Assembly: GCA_017445905.1 (NCBI GenBank)
Contig: JAFSRX010000013.1
Coordinates: 15,815 to 79,814, forward strand
Direction of reading: 5' to 3'
DNA: 64,000 nucleotides
From: Eubacterium sp.
GTDB taxonomy: Bacteria > Bacillota > Clostridia > Oscillospirales > Acutalibacteraceae
In this document: one piece after another, positions 54,457-64,000 of the stretch
Numbering within the stretch: the first letter of the stretch is position 1
Layout of the letters: the number at the start of each line of letters is the position of its first letter
The notes under the pieces: model-generated
The model's input: the letters and a program-made list of their open reading frames with translations, nothing else
What the model was told of the DNA's origin: nothing
Database searches by the model: none
Position numbers and translations under genes: made by a program

Positions 54457-57400
54457 ACGGTTTCAATCAAGAAGAATATGCTCTGTTTAACGTTTGCTTT
54501 AACCTTATATTTATCCCTGACAAAAGCCTGACCCGGCATATCTCCGCCAAGTCCCTGCTGAATTGAGTCAACAGTAACAGTTATATCGTTATCTCTTTCA
54601 ACTTCATTGATATGGCTGAATTTTTCAAGGCTATCGGGAGAATAGGGGATAGCACTGAACATTATCGGCTTATCGTAATAAGCTGAAATCTTAATGCCGT
54701 TGCCCTTCTTATCCGTAAGGGTAAAATATCTTACATCTGAACGTGTTGAAGCTTCCTGAGGACGCATATAGTTATATTCAAACTTCTCAATCGGAAGTGA
54801 ATATTTACCGATTTTGTATCCTGTTTTTCTGTCACAGTAGGACGGAGCGCTTCCTCTTCCGTACCAGGTGATATTATCAAACCTTCTGTCTATATCAAAT
54901 TTATAGCCCATTCTGAGCAGGTCTGCTTTAGGTGTTGCAGAGTGAAAAACAGCAATTCTTCCGTCTGAATAAACGGTGTAGGAAACATATGCTTCTTTCA
55001 TATTCGAAACATTGAGTGCAGATTTTATCTTAATGCTTCCGTTTTTCTGTTCAACCTCAGTTTTAACGGCTTTAACAGAGTTGGTTGCCTTCTGCCATTT
55101 ATAATATGGGTTCATATGAATGAAGGGAGGAGCGAAATTGAATATATCAATATCATTATCTGTCAGCGCTCTGAAATAGTTTGGCCTTAAGGGCGATTTG
55201 AAGATTTCATAATTATCAACTATATAACTTTCGATTATTCCATTGTTGATTTCAACATTGAAATTATCGCCCTTAACACTTACGCGGTTGCCGTTTTTAT
55301 CAAAACTTAAAGCGGAAGAGTTATCGCTTGCTGAAGGCTTTGCAGCATTTGTTAAAATAAACTGATCAAAAGCAATTTCAGCATTTTGTTTAAGTCCCGG
55401 AGTCTTTTTCTTAGTGTGGAATGAAATCGTTAAAATGCATTCTTTTTCATCGGGGAGGGAAGAATAGTCATAAGGAATATCGATAAACTCTTCCTGTAGC
55501 GGATTAAGGCTGAATTTTTCTAATTCACCTGAGAGAATTTCGTCGCCCTCACATTCAATCTTCCATTTGCATCTGAAGGATGAAACATCAGTGAATAAGA
55601 AACGTGAACGAACGTTAAATCTGCCTTTTGTAACATCAAATGCTGTTGTAACAATGGGCTGATAAACATGGCGAACTTCCCAGTACTGAGGATGGGGCTG
55701 CCTTGTTGCGCTTATAACTCCGTTAGCGCAGAAATATGTATTTGATCCAGTCATAGCGGTTGTATCAATACCGCTGTACCAGTGACGTGGCTCATCTTTC
55801 TCAAAGTCGGTTCCGTAGAGAAGATTATCATTTCCGTTTTCATCCTTAACTCTGAGCGCCTGGTCAACCCAGTCCCAGATAAATCCGCCGCACATATTAT
55901 CGTATTTCTCAAAATCATCCATATATTCCTGGAAATTTCCAAGTGAATTTTCCATACTGTGGGCGTATTCACAGAGCATAACGGGTTTGTTATACATCTC
56001 TGCCTTAATCGGCTTTGAGTCCGCTGCAAGCTGATTTGCAATGTTATCATAAAGAGAAATTGTTATTGGCTCTTTTTCTCCGAGCTTTCTCATTGTTTCC
56101 TCATCGGGATACATTCTTGATATAACGTCAGATTTTGTAAAATTGAAATCGCCTTCATAGTGGAACTGTCTTGTTGAATCAAGACTGAGAGCGGCTTCCT
56201 TCATTTTCATAAAGTTATCGCCGTCGCCGGCTTCATTACCGAGCGACCACATAAAGATACAGGGAATATTTCTGTCACGAAGAACCATTCTTTCCATTTT
56301 GTCAACAGCAAGTCCTGTCCACAACGGGTTTGACCCGGGAACGCTCTTCCTTCTTACTCCGTGGCTTTCAAGGTCACATTCATCCATAACATAGAAGCCG
56401 TATTTATTCGCATAGTCATAAAATCTTAAATCGTCGGGATAGTGGGAAGTTCTGATTGCATTAACGTTTGCCTGCTTCATTAAATCGAAGTCCTGAATAT
56501 ATCTCTCCTCAGGAACGCTCCATCCGCAGTCACAGTCAAAATCGTGACGGTTAACTCCTCTTATCATAAGAGGCATTCCGTTAAACAAAATCTTCTCGCC
56601 AACAATTTCAACCTTCTTGAAACCGACATCAAAGGTTTTTGTAAAGATCTCGTTGTCGCCCTCAGAAACTCTCATAACGAGTTTATATAAATTGGGCTGC
56701 TCTGCGCTCCATTTTTTCGGATTTTTAACTTCCTGATTGATTGTCAGTTTAGTTTCGTTGTTTGCATCAGCTTTGCCGGTTACTTCACCGAGAGGAATTT
56801 CCTTGTTTGTGTCGGAAATGAGATATGCAAGAATCTTTATATCCTTGCTTTCATCAGAATAGTTCTTTATGAAAAGATCGAGGGTGACTGATGAATTTTT
56901 GTATTCTTCATCAAGATCGGTCTGAATATAAAAATCACGAAGACAGGATTTGGGCTCAGCGTAGATATAAACATCTCTGTAAATTCCGCTCAGCCACCAC
57001 ATATCCTGATCCTCAAGATATGATGAAGCAGCATATCTATATACCTTAGCGCAAACGAGGTTTTCGCCGTCTTTAACATATTTTGTTATATCGAATTCGT
57101 GAGGTGTCATTGAGCCCATGCTGAAACCTACGTATTCACCGTTAACAAAGACTTCAAGCGCTGCTTTGCACGCCTCAAAATGAAGAAAAACTTCTTTTTC
57201 ATTGAAATTTTCGGGTAAAACAAAAGTTCTTCTGTAATATCCGATTTCTTGCATTGAGTGGTCAATTTTCGGAATTTTTGATTTTGAGCGGCTGAGAGCA
57301 CGAGGAAATGTGCTTGCATAATAATAGGGAACGCTGTATCCCTGAGTCTGCCATACGGACGGAACTGCGATTTTATCCCAGTTTGAAGAATCAAAGCTCT

Positions 57401-57599
57401 CTTTTTCAAAATCCGAAATCTGATTTTCAAGTCCTCTCTGCCAGAAAAAGTCCCATTCACCGCTGAGGCTCATTTTATATTTTGAATTTTCGCCTGATAA
57501 TGCTTCATCAATATTATCAAACGGCATTGCAACGGTATGGCCGTCCTCTTTGTTGATTTTATATTTATTCGGATCTTCCCATATGTATTTATAACTCAT
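54453..57599 (-). CDS. GH2 beta-galactosidase, LacZ/EbgA architecture, cytoplasmic
   Basis: EDQDMWWLSGIYRDV, RGVNRH, IRTSHYP, WSLGNE (acid/base), LCEYAHSMENS (nucleophile), GGFIWDWVDQ, small-chain domain. Confidence 0.93.
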   Translation of the reverse strand: MSYKYIWEDPNKYKINKEDGHTVAMPFDNIDEALSGENSKYKMSLSGEWDFFWQRGLENQISDFEKESFDSSNWDKIAVPSVWQTQGYSVPYYYASTFPRALSRSKSKIPKIDHSMQEIGYYRRTFVLPENFNEKEVFLHFEACKAALEVFVNGEYVGFSMGSMTPHEFDITKYVKDGENLVCAKVYRYAASSYLEDQDMWWLSGIYRDVYIYAEPKSCLRDFYIQTDLDEEYKNSSVTLDLFIKNYSDESKDIKILAYLISDTNKEIPLGEVTGKADANNETKLTINQEVKNPKKWSAEQPNLYKLVMRVSEGDNEIFTKTFDVGFKKVEIVGEKILFNGMPLMIRGVNRHDFDCDCGWSVPEERYIQDFDLMKQANVNAIRTSHYPDDLRFYDYANKYGFYVMDECDLESHGVRRKSVPGSNPLWTGLAVDKMERMVLRDRNIPCIFMWSLGNEAGDGDNFMKMKEAALSLDSTRQFHYEGDFNFTKSDVISRMYPDEETMRKLGEKEPITISLYDNIANQLAADSKPIKAEMYNKPVMLCEYAHSMENSLGNFQEYMDDFEKYDNMCGGFIWDWVDQALRVKDENGNDNLLYGTDFEKDEPRHWYSGIDTTAMTGSNTYFCANGVISATRQPHPQYWEVRHVYQPIVTTAFDVTKGRFNVRSRFLFTDVSSFRCKWKIECEGDEILSGELEKFSLNPLQEEFIDIPYDYSSLPDEKECILTISFHTKKKTPGLKQNAEIAFDQFILTNAAKPSASDNSSALSFDKNGNRVSVKGDNFNVEINNGIIESYIVDNYEIFKSPLRPNYFRALTDNDIDIFNFAPPFIHMNPYYKWQKATNSVKAVKTEVEQKNGSIKIKSALNVSNMKEAYVSYTVYSDGRIAVFHSATPKADLLRMGYKFDIDRRFDNITWYGRGSAPSYCDRKTGYKIGKYSLPIEKFEYNYMRPQEASTRSDVRYFTLTDKKGNGIKISAYYDKPIMFSAIPYSPDSLEKFSHINEVERDNDITVTVDSIQQGLGGDMPGQAFVRDKYKVKANVKQSIFFLIETV

Positions 57600-57611
57600 A
57601 AAACACCTCTG

Positions 57612-59282
57612 TTATTCATCTCTGTTGGTTTGGGTTGTATAGTGCTTCAGCTTAATTTTCGATTTACCCTTGAAAACATTTGAATAAATTCCGATGTTTT
57701 CAACGCCTTCGGCTATTATTGGATAAACCTTTTTGTTTTCAAAATTGTTTGAAAAGATTTTTATATTTCTGTGAACAGCAGCTTTAATCTTTCCGCCAAG
57801 AGTTATTGGCTCAATCAGAATAACAGGACTTTCTGATTTTTTAAGACTGTCATCAAAGTCCTTATAAAAACTGTTTGAATAGATTTCCATATCTCTTACA
57901 GGTCCGCTTTCATACCATTCATTTGCGTCATTACTGATATAAATATGCGCCATATAGATATGCGAAAAGCTATTGCCCCATATTCTCGCTTTGCCCGAGG
58001 TTGTGCAGAGAATTCCTCTTGTCGGTATTGCTTCAAACCTGCAGTCTGAAATCTCAACATCGGGGCAGTAGGTAACGTTTTCGATAACAATATTGTTCTG
58101 TCCGTCATAGATTGTTTCAATGTTTTTCGGCAGTTCTTCCTCAAAGGTTAGCGAAACAGATTTACCGTCAATATAATCTATTGCCTGTTTAACGGTATAT
58201 TCTCCGAGCATAGCCTCAAGGCTGTCCCTGTAATAAAACTTAACCTTGTTGCCTTCATGAAAAGCGCTGTATCCGCCCTGCTGGTCGTGAACAAATTCAA
58301 AAACTGCGCTCTTGCTGTCGAGCTTTTCTTTGAATCTCAGAAAAACGCCGTGAATATTAATTGCATCATCATGAGGATGCTCAAAAAGGCATTTTTTAAT
58401 ATCAACTCTGCCCTTGCAGGAGGAAATGTGAATTAAATCTGCAAAAGATGATACCCTGTGATTCTCAGAGGGAACAAAATTACATTCTTCAAAACTTATA
58501 TCGCCACACATCTGAGAGAGCCAGCCAAAGCCCTGAAGGTAATTGATGTTAAGTCTTTTTGCCTTAACATTTTCGCTCTCATTAACAAAAACTCCGCTTG
58601 TGTTTCTGTTTTTATCCTGAGTTATTGCATAAACAGCGCCTTCAATGAATTTTGGCTTTGATGAATATTCTATTTCAATTTTGTTGTTGCCCAGGGCTTT
58701 AATACCCTTAACATTATGGAAAACGCCCTTATCATTATTAACTCTGAAAACATTGCTACCGCTGTGGATAACCTGAATGCTTGAGTTTTCATCATTAATA
58801 TATTTCCAGTAGATTCTTTCAGAAAAAGGACTTTTTTCATAGAATTCAACGGTCTTACCGCTGATATTATAAAATGTGTTTTCGGGAACACTGAAAACAA
58901 CTTTTTTCTTATGAATTTGCTGAACTTTCATCTCGATAACAGACGGTGAATGATACCTGATTGTGAAATCCTTAAGAGTTATATTTTTGCAATTTAAAAC
59001 TCCGAGGGCACAGATATCACCGTGGATAATAAAAGTTGCGCCGTTTCCCTCGATGGTAATATCATCAAGGTTCTCGAGAATCATACCAAAGTATTTGTTT
59101 GGATTTCTCAGAGAATCGGTATTCGACATATGAATTTCGCGCCGCTGCGAGAAATCTTTGTAAAAATGGTATTCAATGTTTTCAAAAGAGAGAATATCTC
59201 CGCTGTTCAGTTTGCTTACAGCGTCGGCAAACCCAGCGGAAAAATTATTTGAATTGCCAAAATCCTTTGCATACAGATTCAT
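57612..59282 (-). CDS. Right-handed beta-helix glycosidase, GH110 alpha-1,3-galactosidase-like, no signal peptide
   Basis: IEGNGATFIIHG, FADLIHIS, HDDAINIHG, RGIL, SNDANEWYESGPV; beta-helix repeats. Confidence 0.72.
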   Translation of the reverse strand: MNLYAKDFGNSNNFSAGFADAVSKLNSGDILSFENIEYHFYKDFSQRREIHMSNTDSLRNPNKYFGMILENLDDITIEGNGATFIIHGDICALGVLNCKNITLKDFTIRYHSPSVIEMKVQQIHKKKVVFSVPENTFYNISGKTVEFYEKSPFSERIYWKYINDENSSIQVIHSGSNVFRVNNDKGVFHNVKGIKALGNNKIEIEYSSKPKFIEGAVYAITQDKNRNTSGVFVNESENVKAKRLNINYLQGFGWLSQMCGDISFEECNFVPSENHRVSSFADLIHISSCKGRVDIKKCLFEHPHDDAINIHGVFLRFKEKLDSKSAVFEFVHDQQGGYSAFHEGNKVKFYYRDSLEAMLGEYTVKQAIDYIDGKSVSLTFEEELPKNIETIYDGQNNIVIENVTYCPDVEISDCRFEAIPTRGILCTTSGKARIWGNSFSHIYMAHIYISNDANEWYESGPVRDMEIYSNSFYKDFDDSLKKSESPVILIEPITLGGKIKAAVHRNIKIFSNNFENKKVYPIIAEGVENIGIYSNVFKGKSKIKLKHYTTQTNRDE

Positions 59283-59438
59283 AGTCTTTCTCCTGCTTTT
59301 TGTGATTTGTTATAATTTTAACATTTTTCGCTTATTAATTCAAGCAACTTGACAATTAATTTTAAAAACTGTAAAATGTCTATCATAGGGGTACTTTTAT
59401 TAATAATAGAAAATCTGAAATAATTGGAGAAAACCAGT

Positions 59439-60953
59439 ATGAAATGGCAGGATATTTATGAAGAAAAGCTCGTTTCCGTCGAGGAGGCAATTAAACTTAT
59501 CAAAAGCGGCGACAAGGTTGTAACAGGCTTTGGATGCGGCGAGCCTTTTGGCATTGAAAGGGCACTTGTTGAGCATTTTCAGGATTATCAGGATGTTGAA
59601 ATTATCAGCATGCTGACTTTGGGAGATTCTCCCTGGTGCAAGCCCGAGATGAAAGGGCATTTTAAACTCAACTGTCTTTTTGCTTCTCAGTCAAACAGAA
59701 AGTCTATTTCTGAGGGTGAGAGCGAATTTACAACCTCGCATTTCTATGAAATACCCGATGTTATAGAAAACTATATCTGTCCGAGAATTTCTTTGGTTAT
59801 GGTATCTCCACCCGATGAACACGGCTATGTTTCATTCGGAACAACAGTTGATTATACCAAGGGAACAACCGACCACTGCGAAATAGTTATAGCTCAGGTT
59901 AATAAATATATGCCCAGAACTTTCGGAAACAGCATTAAGCATGTAAGAGATTTTACATGTTTCGTTGAAATAGACGAGCCGTTGCCCGAAGTTAAAACAG
60001 TTAATATTTCCGATGTTGAAATGGAAATAGGAAAATACTGCGCGTCACTTATAAATGACGGCGACTGCCTCCAGCTCGGAATAGGCGGTATTCCAAATGC
60101 GGTTTGCGCCCAGCTTAAGGACAAAAAAGATTTAGGACTTCACAGTGAGCTTGTCGGCGACGGAGTTGTTGAACTTCTTGAAGAGGGAATAATTAACAAT
60201 AAGAAGAAAAATACAAAAAGAGGAAGAACTGTTATCGGAGCGGCATTCGGCTCTGAGATATTAAACAGATATATTGACAACAATCCTTCTGTTGAGCTTC
60301 ATCCGATTGATTATGTTAACAATCCGAGTAAGATTGCACAGAATGATAATATGGTTTCAATTAATTCATGTATTCAGGTTGACCTTTTAGGGCAGGTTGT
60401 TTCAGATACAATCGGTCTTTCTCAGTTTTCCGCTGTCGGAGGTCAGGTTGACTTTGTAAGGGGTGCAACTATGAGTAAAGGCGGAAGAAGTATTATTGCA
60501 ATGCCTGCAACTGCGAGAAAAGGAACTGTCAGCAGAATAGTTCCGCTTATAACAGAGGGCAGCGCAGTAACAACTCCGAGAAACGATGTTAACTATGTTG
60601 TAACGGAATACGGAATTGCTCAGCTTAAAGGAAAAACGGTTAAAGAAAGAGCAAAAGCGCTTATTATGATTGCTCATCCTGCTTTTCGCCCACATCTTAT
60701 TCTTGAATACAGAAAGCGTTTTAAGGAAGAGCCTTTCACCAAAGATGAATTAATGGGCTTTACTTCCGTTATAAGAGAACGCTCAAAAGAGAGAAGAGAG
60801 CATATCAAGGAAGCAACAAAAGAGCGCGTTGAACAAAGAGTTGAAAACACTAAAGAGAGATTGGAACATCGAAAAGAAAACTCAAAAGAACGCAGGGAAC
60901 ATATTAAAGAAAATATATCGGACTTAAAAACAAGACATAAATCTGAAGAATAA
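59439..60953 (+). CDS. Family I CoA-transferase (4-hydroxybutyrate/butyryl-CoA:acetate type) with a charged C-terminal tail
   Basis: SPPDEHGYVSFG, LQLGIGGIP, LGLHSE (catalytic Glu), GGQVDFVRGA, VVTEYGIA.LKGK. Confidence 0.9.
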   Translation: MKWQDIYEEKLVSVEEAIKLIKSGDKVVTGFGCGEPFGIERALVEHFQDYQDVEIISMLTLGDSPWCKPEMKGHFKLNCLFASQSNRKSISEGESEFTTSHFYEIPDVIENYICPRISLVMVSPPDEHGYVSFGTTVDYTKGTTDHCEIVIAQVNKYMPRTFGNSIKHVRDFTCFVEIDEPLPEVKTVNISDVEMEIGKYCASLINDGDCLQLGIGGIPNAVCAQLKDKKDLGLHSELVGDGVVELLEEGIINNKKKNTKRGRTVIGAAFGSEILNRYIDNNPSVELHPIDYVNNPSKIAQNDNMVSINSCIQVDLLGQVVSDTIGLSQFSAVGGQVDFVRGATMSKGGRSIIAMPATARKGTVSRIVPLITEGSAVTTPRNDVNYVVTEYGIAQLKGKTVKERAKALIMIAHPAFRPHLILEYRKRFKEEPFTKDELMGFTSVIRERSKERREHIKEATKERVEQRVENTKERLEHRKENSKERREHIKENISDLKTRHKSEE

Positions 60954-61021
60954 AATATTGATAAACAATGTATTTTGTGATATAATTATTTCGGTAAAAA
61001 TTATTAAAGGAGTAAAAATTT

Positions 61022-61942
61022 ATGGCATTAAAAGAAAAACAACATTTTGGTATTGCTAGAAAAATTGTTTCCAATATGACCTCGGAAAGCTGGGAACAGA
61101 TTCCTCACGCAACTCTTACATACGAACCTGATGTAACAGAATTTTTGAAAGAATATAAAAAGTTGAATGAAGACTGCACAGATAAAACAAAGAAAATAAC
61201 AATCAATACTGTTATGCTTAAAATTATCTGTGAAGGACTGAAAGCAGCACCGAAACTTAACTCCCATCTTGAGTTTAACAGAAAACTTGTTAGAGGTTGT
61301 CTTAAAACATATGACCATATCGATATTTCAATGCCGATGATTCTTCCAAATGATGAAATGATGACGGTTAACCTTCATAATATGGGAGATAAGTCTTTAA
61401 CAGAGATGACTGAGGTTATTCTTGATACTGCAAGAAGAGCAAAGAATACGGACCTTAATGAGGTTATGTTCGAAGTGTCTCTTGATAATACATTGACAGC
61501 TCTTAAAAGAGGAAAGATTGCTCAGACCATCAACAGACTCTATGGCTCAAAAACAGGTAAACACAAAGTTCATACCCTTTCTGGTCAAGCAAAGAAGGAT
61601 TATTATTCAATTCCTGAAACAGAGAGACTCACAAAGCATGATATTGAGCAGGGAACAACAACGATAACAAATATCGGCTCAATATACCGTCCGTTCAGAG
61701 GCGAGTGCAATCTTCTCGAGATTATTCCGCCCCAGGTTTCAGCATTTGCAATCGGAGCAACTCAGAAAAAAGCTCTTGTTAAAACAGATGAAGATGGCAA
61801 TGATGAAATGTACATCGGCTATACAATGCCGATAACTGTTGCAATGGACCACAGAGCACTTGATTACGGAGATATGGTTCCGTTCTTCGAAAAGCTCGAC
61901 GAAATCTTTGCTGATCCTTCAATTATTCATAGCTGGAAATAA
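61022..61942 (+). CDS. Stand-alone 2-oxoacid dehydrogenase E2-like acyltransferase catalytic domain
   Basis: RK.V...T.ES...IPH, GTTTITNIGS, IIPPQV, AMDHRALD (DHRxxD motif); no lipoyl or E3-binding domain. Confidence 0.82.
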   Translation: MALKEKQHFGIARKIVSNMTSESWEQIPHATLTYEPDVTEFLKEYKKLNEDCTDKTKKITINTVMLKIICEGLKAAPKLNSHLEFNRKLVRGCLKTYDHIDISMPMILPNDEMMTVNLHNMGDKSLTEMTEVILDTARRAKNTDLNEVMFEVSLDNTLTALKRGKIAQTINRLYGSKTGKHKVHTLSGQAKKDYYSIPETERLTKHDIEQGTTTITNIGSIYRPFRGECNLLEIIPPQVSAFAIGATQKKALVKTDEDGNDEMYIGYTMPITVAMDHRALDYGDMVPFFEKLDEIFADPSIIHSWK

Positions 61943-61952
61943 CAATAATAAG

Positions 61953-61992
61953 AAAAAGCTTCGCTTGAGGTAATCCTCAGCGAAGCTTTTTT
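61953..61992 (+). terminator. Intrinsic terminator
   Basis: aaaaagcttcgct-tgaggtaatcctc-agcgaagcttttt. Confidence 0.85.
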
Positions 61993-62089
61993 GTTTGATA
62001 AAACTAACAAAAAGGCGTATAAAATCAACTTGAATTGTTATAAGTATAGTGATAATATATAAATTAGATAAAAATGTGGAGGGAATAGA

Positions 62090-64000
62090 ATGAAAGCAGT
62101 GAAAAGAGTAATGAGTCTGATGCTGTCGGTAGTTATAGTTGTAACAACGCTATCAGCAATGCCTGTAATGGCGGCAAGCAGCGATAAAGACCTGATAATG
62201 AATTTTGATTTGGGAGCAGGCAGCGGAACAAATACAGACTATTCATGTAAAGATTATTACAGCAATGCAAATGCAAAAACGTCTTCGTGGAGCAATATAG
62301 CGGAAGTTAGAACAGTTGGCGAAAAAACAGCGCTGTATAATCAAAACGGATATGTTTTTGCAAATGTAGGTGAAACCGCTTTGTATAATAATGATTCCTG
62401 GCGAATTGAATTTATGTTTCAAAAGAAGGGAAGCGAGCAGAACGACGCCCTTCTTATCGGTCTTGGAACAGCAAACGGAAGCTATGGAATAGCTGATGCA
62501 AATACGGATAATATCTTAACTATTCATCAGGGCGGATATATCTATGTTTGCTCGCAGGAAATAAACGATGCCTCTGCAAACGAAAAACTAAAACTTAATA
62601 TAGACGAGCTTTCATATTATTCAATAATATTCAGCGCGCAGAATAAATATCTGACTTTAACAAAGAACGGTCAGATAGCATTTGAAATGCACTTGAATGA
62701 TGAACAGTCTGAAAGATTTAAGCATGTTGGCTTTATCAGTGCAGGCTGCCATGTCGGCGACGGAAGTATCGGAAGAGGCTGGTACACAGGAACAATAGAA
62801 GGCTACTACTATTACATAAAAGCATATAACGAGCCCGAATGTCCTGAAACAGTTGGAAAACTGACAGTCGATCCCGTAATATATACCCACGGAGAAAAGA
62901 GTTCAACTCAAAACAACTCAACGGGTGATTACGGATATATGATGTACGGAACGCAGATTGCAGACTCCACAGTAAGAGGTGAAGAGAAAACTGCAATAAC
63001 ACTTCCCAAAGGCGCAACGATAGAATCTGTATATTGCCCTGATAATAACTATGTTGATGTTGAAAGAAGCAAGGGCGAATATTATCTTTGCGGAAATTTC
63101 TCAGCAGATGAATATAAAGTCAGCAATAACGAAGAAAAATATGCGAGAATAAGGTTTAAATATACCCTCAATGATAAGCAGTATGTTGAGTGGCATAATT
63201 TCAGCGTTAAAACAAATCCTGTTGCAACTCATTCAATGATATATGCTCAGTCGTATAAATCGGGAACTTTCAGTAATTCCGAACAGTCCGCAGTTGCGTT
63301 TCAGGTAACAGCACTCGGCTCGGTAGGACCCGATTCATCGGGAGCAACCTCAGCAAACTGGGGCTCAACAAGTTTGAAAAGCCATAACGCAAATTCGTGG
63401 AATATATTTGATCCGTTCAGTGATGAACTTCAGTGCAATACAAATAATAACGGCTCGGTTAATCCTGTTTTTATCGAACAGAATGCAAATTCAGTAGTTG
63501 ATAAAACAACGGGATTTGGTGTTGCAGCTTCAAATACAAACGGAGAAGTAAATGTTGGAATATATACCGATTACGCAAAGTATTATGTTGATAAAAGCGC
63601 AGACAGTATTTTAGGCGCAGAGCATAAAGCAGGTGAGAATACATATAGAATAAAACTCTTCCTTGAAAATCTCTCACAGAGCTATACAAGTGGGCAGAGG
63701 GTTGATGTAACAGAACACGGCTCATATTGGATGGAAGAAATTGATATAAACCATCTCGGCGAATATGCGTGGAATGATAAGAGAAAGAGTGAAACAGTAA
63801 CCCTTCAGGGAAATACAGACAACGGAAGCACAACAACGGAATACTGGCACGCTGCCGAAAACCAGGAGGGTAGAAAAGCTAAGGCAACGATAATAACAAA
63901 GATAAGCGTAACTGTATTTGATAAAACAAACGCGAGAAATACGCTTAATAATTCATCACTTTCAAAATATGATTCAAGCTATTATGACGCTGCAAAATGG
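62090..64000 (+). CDS. Large secreted protein, 5' part (637 codons, runs off the window)
   Basis: GGAGGG RBS; signal peptide MKAVKRVMSLMLSVVIVVTTLSAMPVMA; Asn/Ser/Thr/Tyr-rich beta domains. Absent from the track because no stop lies inside the window. Confidence 0.85.
   Translation, partial: MKAVKRVMSLMLSVVIVVTTLSAMPVMAASSDKDLIMNFDLGAGSGTNTDYSCKDYYSNANAKTSSWSNIAEVRTVGEKTALYNQNGYVFANVGETALYNNDSWRIEFMFQKKGSEQNDALLIGLGTANGSYGIADANTDNILTIHQGGYIYVCSQEINDASANEKLKLNIDELSYYSIIFSAQNKYLTLTKNGQIAFEMHLNDEQSERFKHVGFISAGCHVGDGSIGRGWYTGTIEGYYYYIKAYNEPECPETVGKLTVDPVIYTHGEKSSTQNNSTGDYGYMMYGTQIADSTVRGEEKTAITLPKGATIESVYCPDNNYVDVERSKGEYYLCGNFSADEYKVSNNEEKYARIRFKYTLNDKQYVEWHNFSVKTNPVATHSMIYAQSYKSGTFSNSEQSAVAFQVTALGSVGPDSSGATSANWGSTSLKSHNANSWNIFDPFSDELQCNTNNNGSVNPVFIEQNANSVVDKTTGFGVAASNTNGEVNVGIYTDYAKYYVDKSADSILGAEHKAGENTYRIKLFLENLSQSYTSGQRVDVTEHGSYWMEEIDINHLGEYAWNDKRKSETVTLQGNTDNGSTTTEYWHAAENQEGRKAKATIITKISVTVFDKTNARNTLNNSSLSKYDSSYYDAAKW

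Noticed and set aside
62657-63836. Minus-strand ORFs near the window end
   Set aside because: Antisense shadows of the long plus-strand secreted-protein ORF starting at 62090.

Overview
Chromosomal window of an AT-rich anaerobic Firmicute. Gene content and order suggest a spore-forming gut or rumen Oscillospiraceae/'Eubacterium'-like clostridium (inference). Housekeeping blocks: ribitol teichoic acid genes (tagB/tarL-like, tarI, tarJ), murT-gatD, CIRCE-controlled groES-groEL, alr-femAB-like, tepA-(degenerate uppP)-ftsK-ygiQ-comEA-comF, tRNA-Leu(UAG), rlmD, nrdR, and a GH110-GH2-comEC-holA-rnmV run. The accessory centre (25-40 kb) holds three surface-protein genes with a shared basic C-terminal module and a NarL-type regulator with a split kinase/pseudokinase pair. 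Two matching operator boxes for this regulator are visible. The strongest candidate for an undescribed system is an 8-gene operon at 34.4-40.1 kb. It joins nickel chaperones (CooC, CooT, a His-rich protein) and a stand-alone acetyl-CoA-synthase middle domain with its own Cys motif to an ATP-dependent activase and a Cys-rich dehydratase/reductase pair, with no CODH or full ACS in the window. Intergenic DNA carries several structured repeat families: heptamer-armed mini-elements, an ATATCGC-array element with a four-helix-bundle gene remnant, a TA-flanked 275-bp MITE, a structured insert that duplicates the 5' end of tRNA-Leu, and REP-like hairpins. No CRISPR array, rRNA, integrase or intact transposase was seen. 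All family assignments come from motif recognition by eye; no database search was run.
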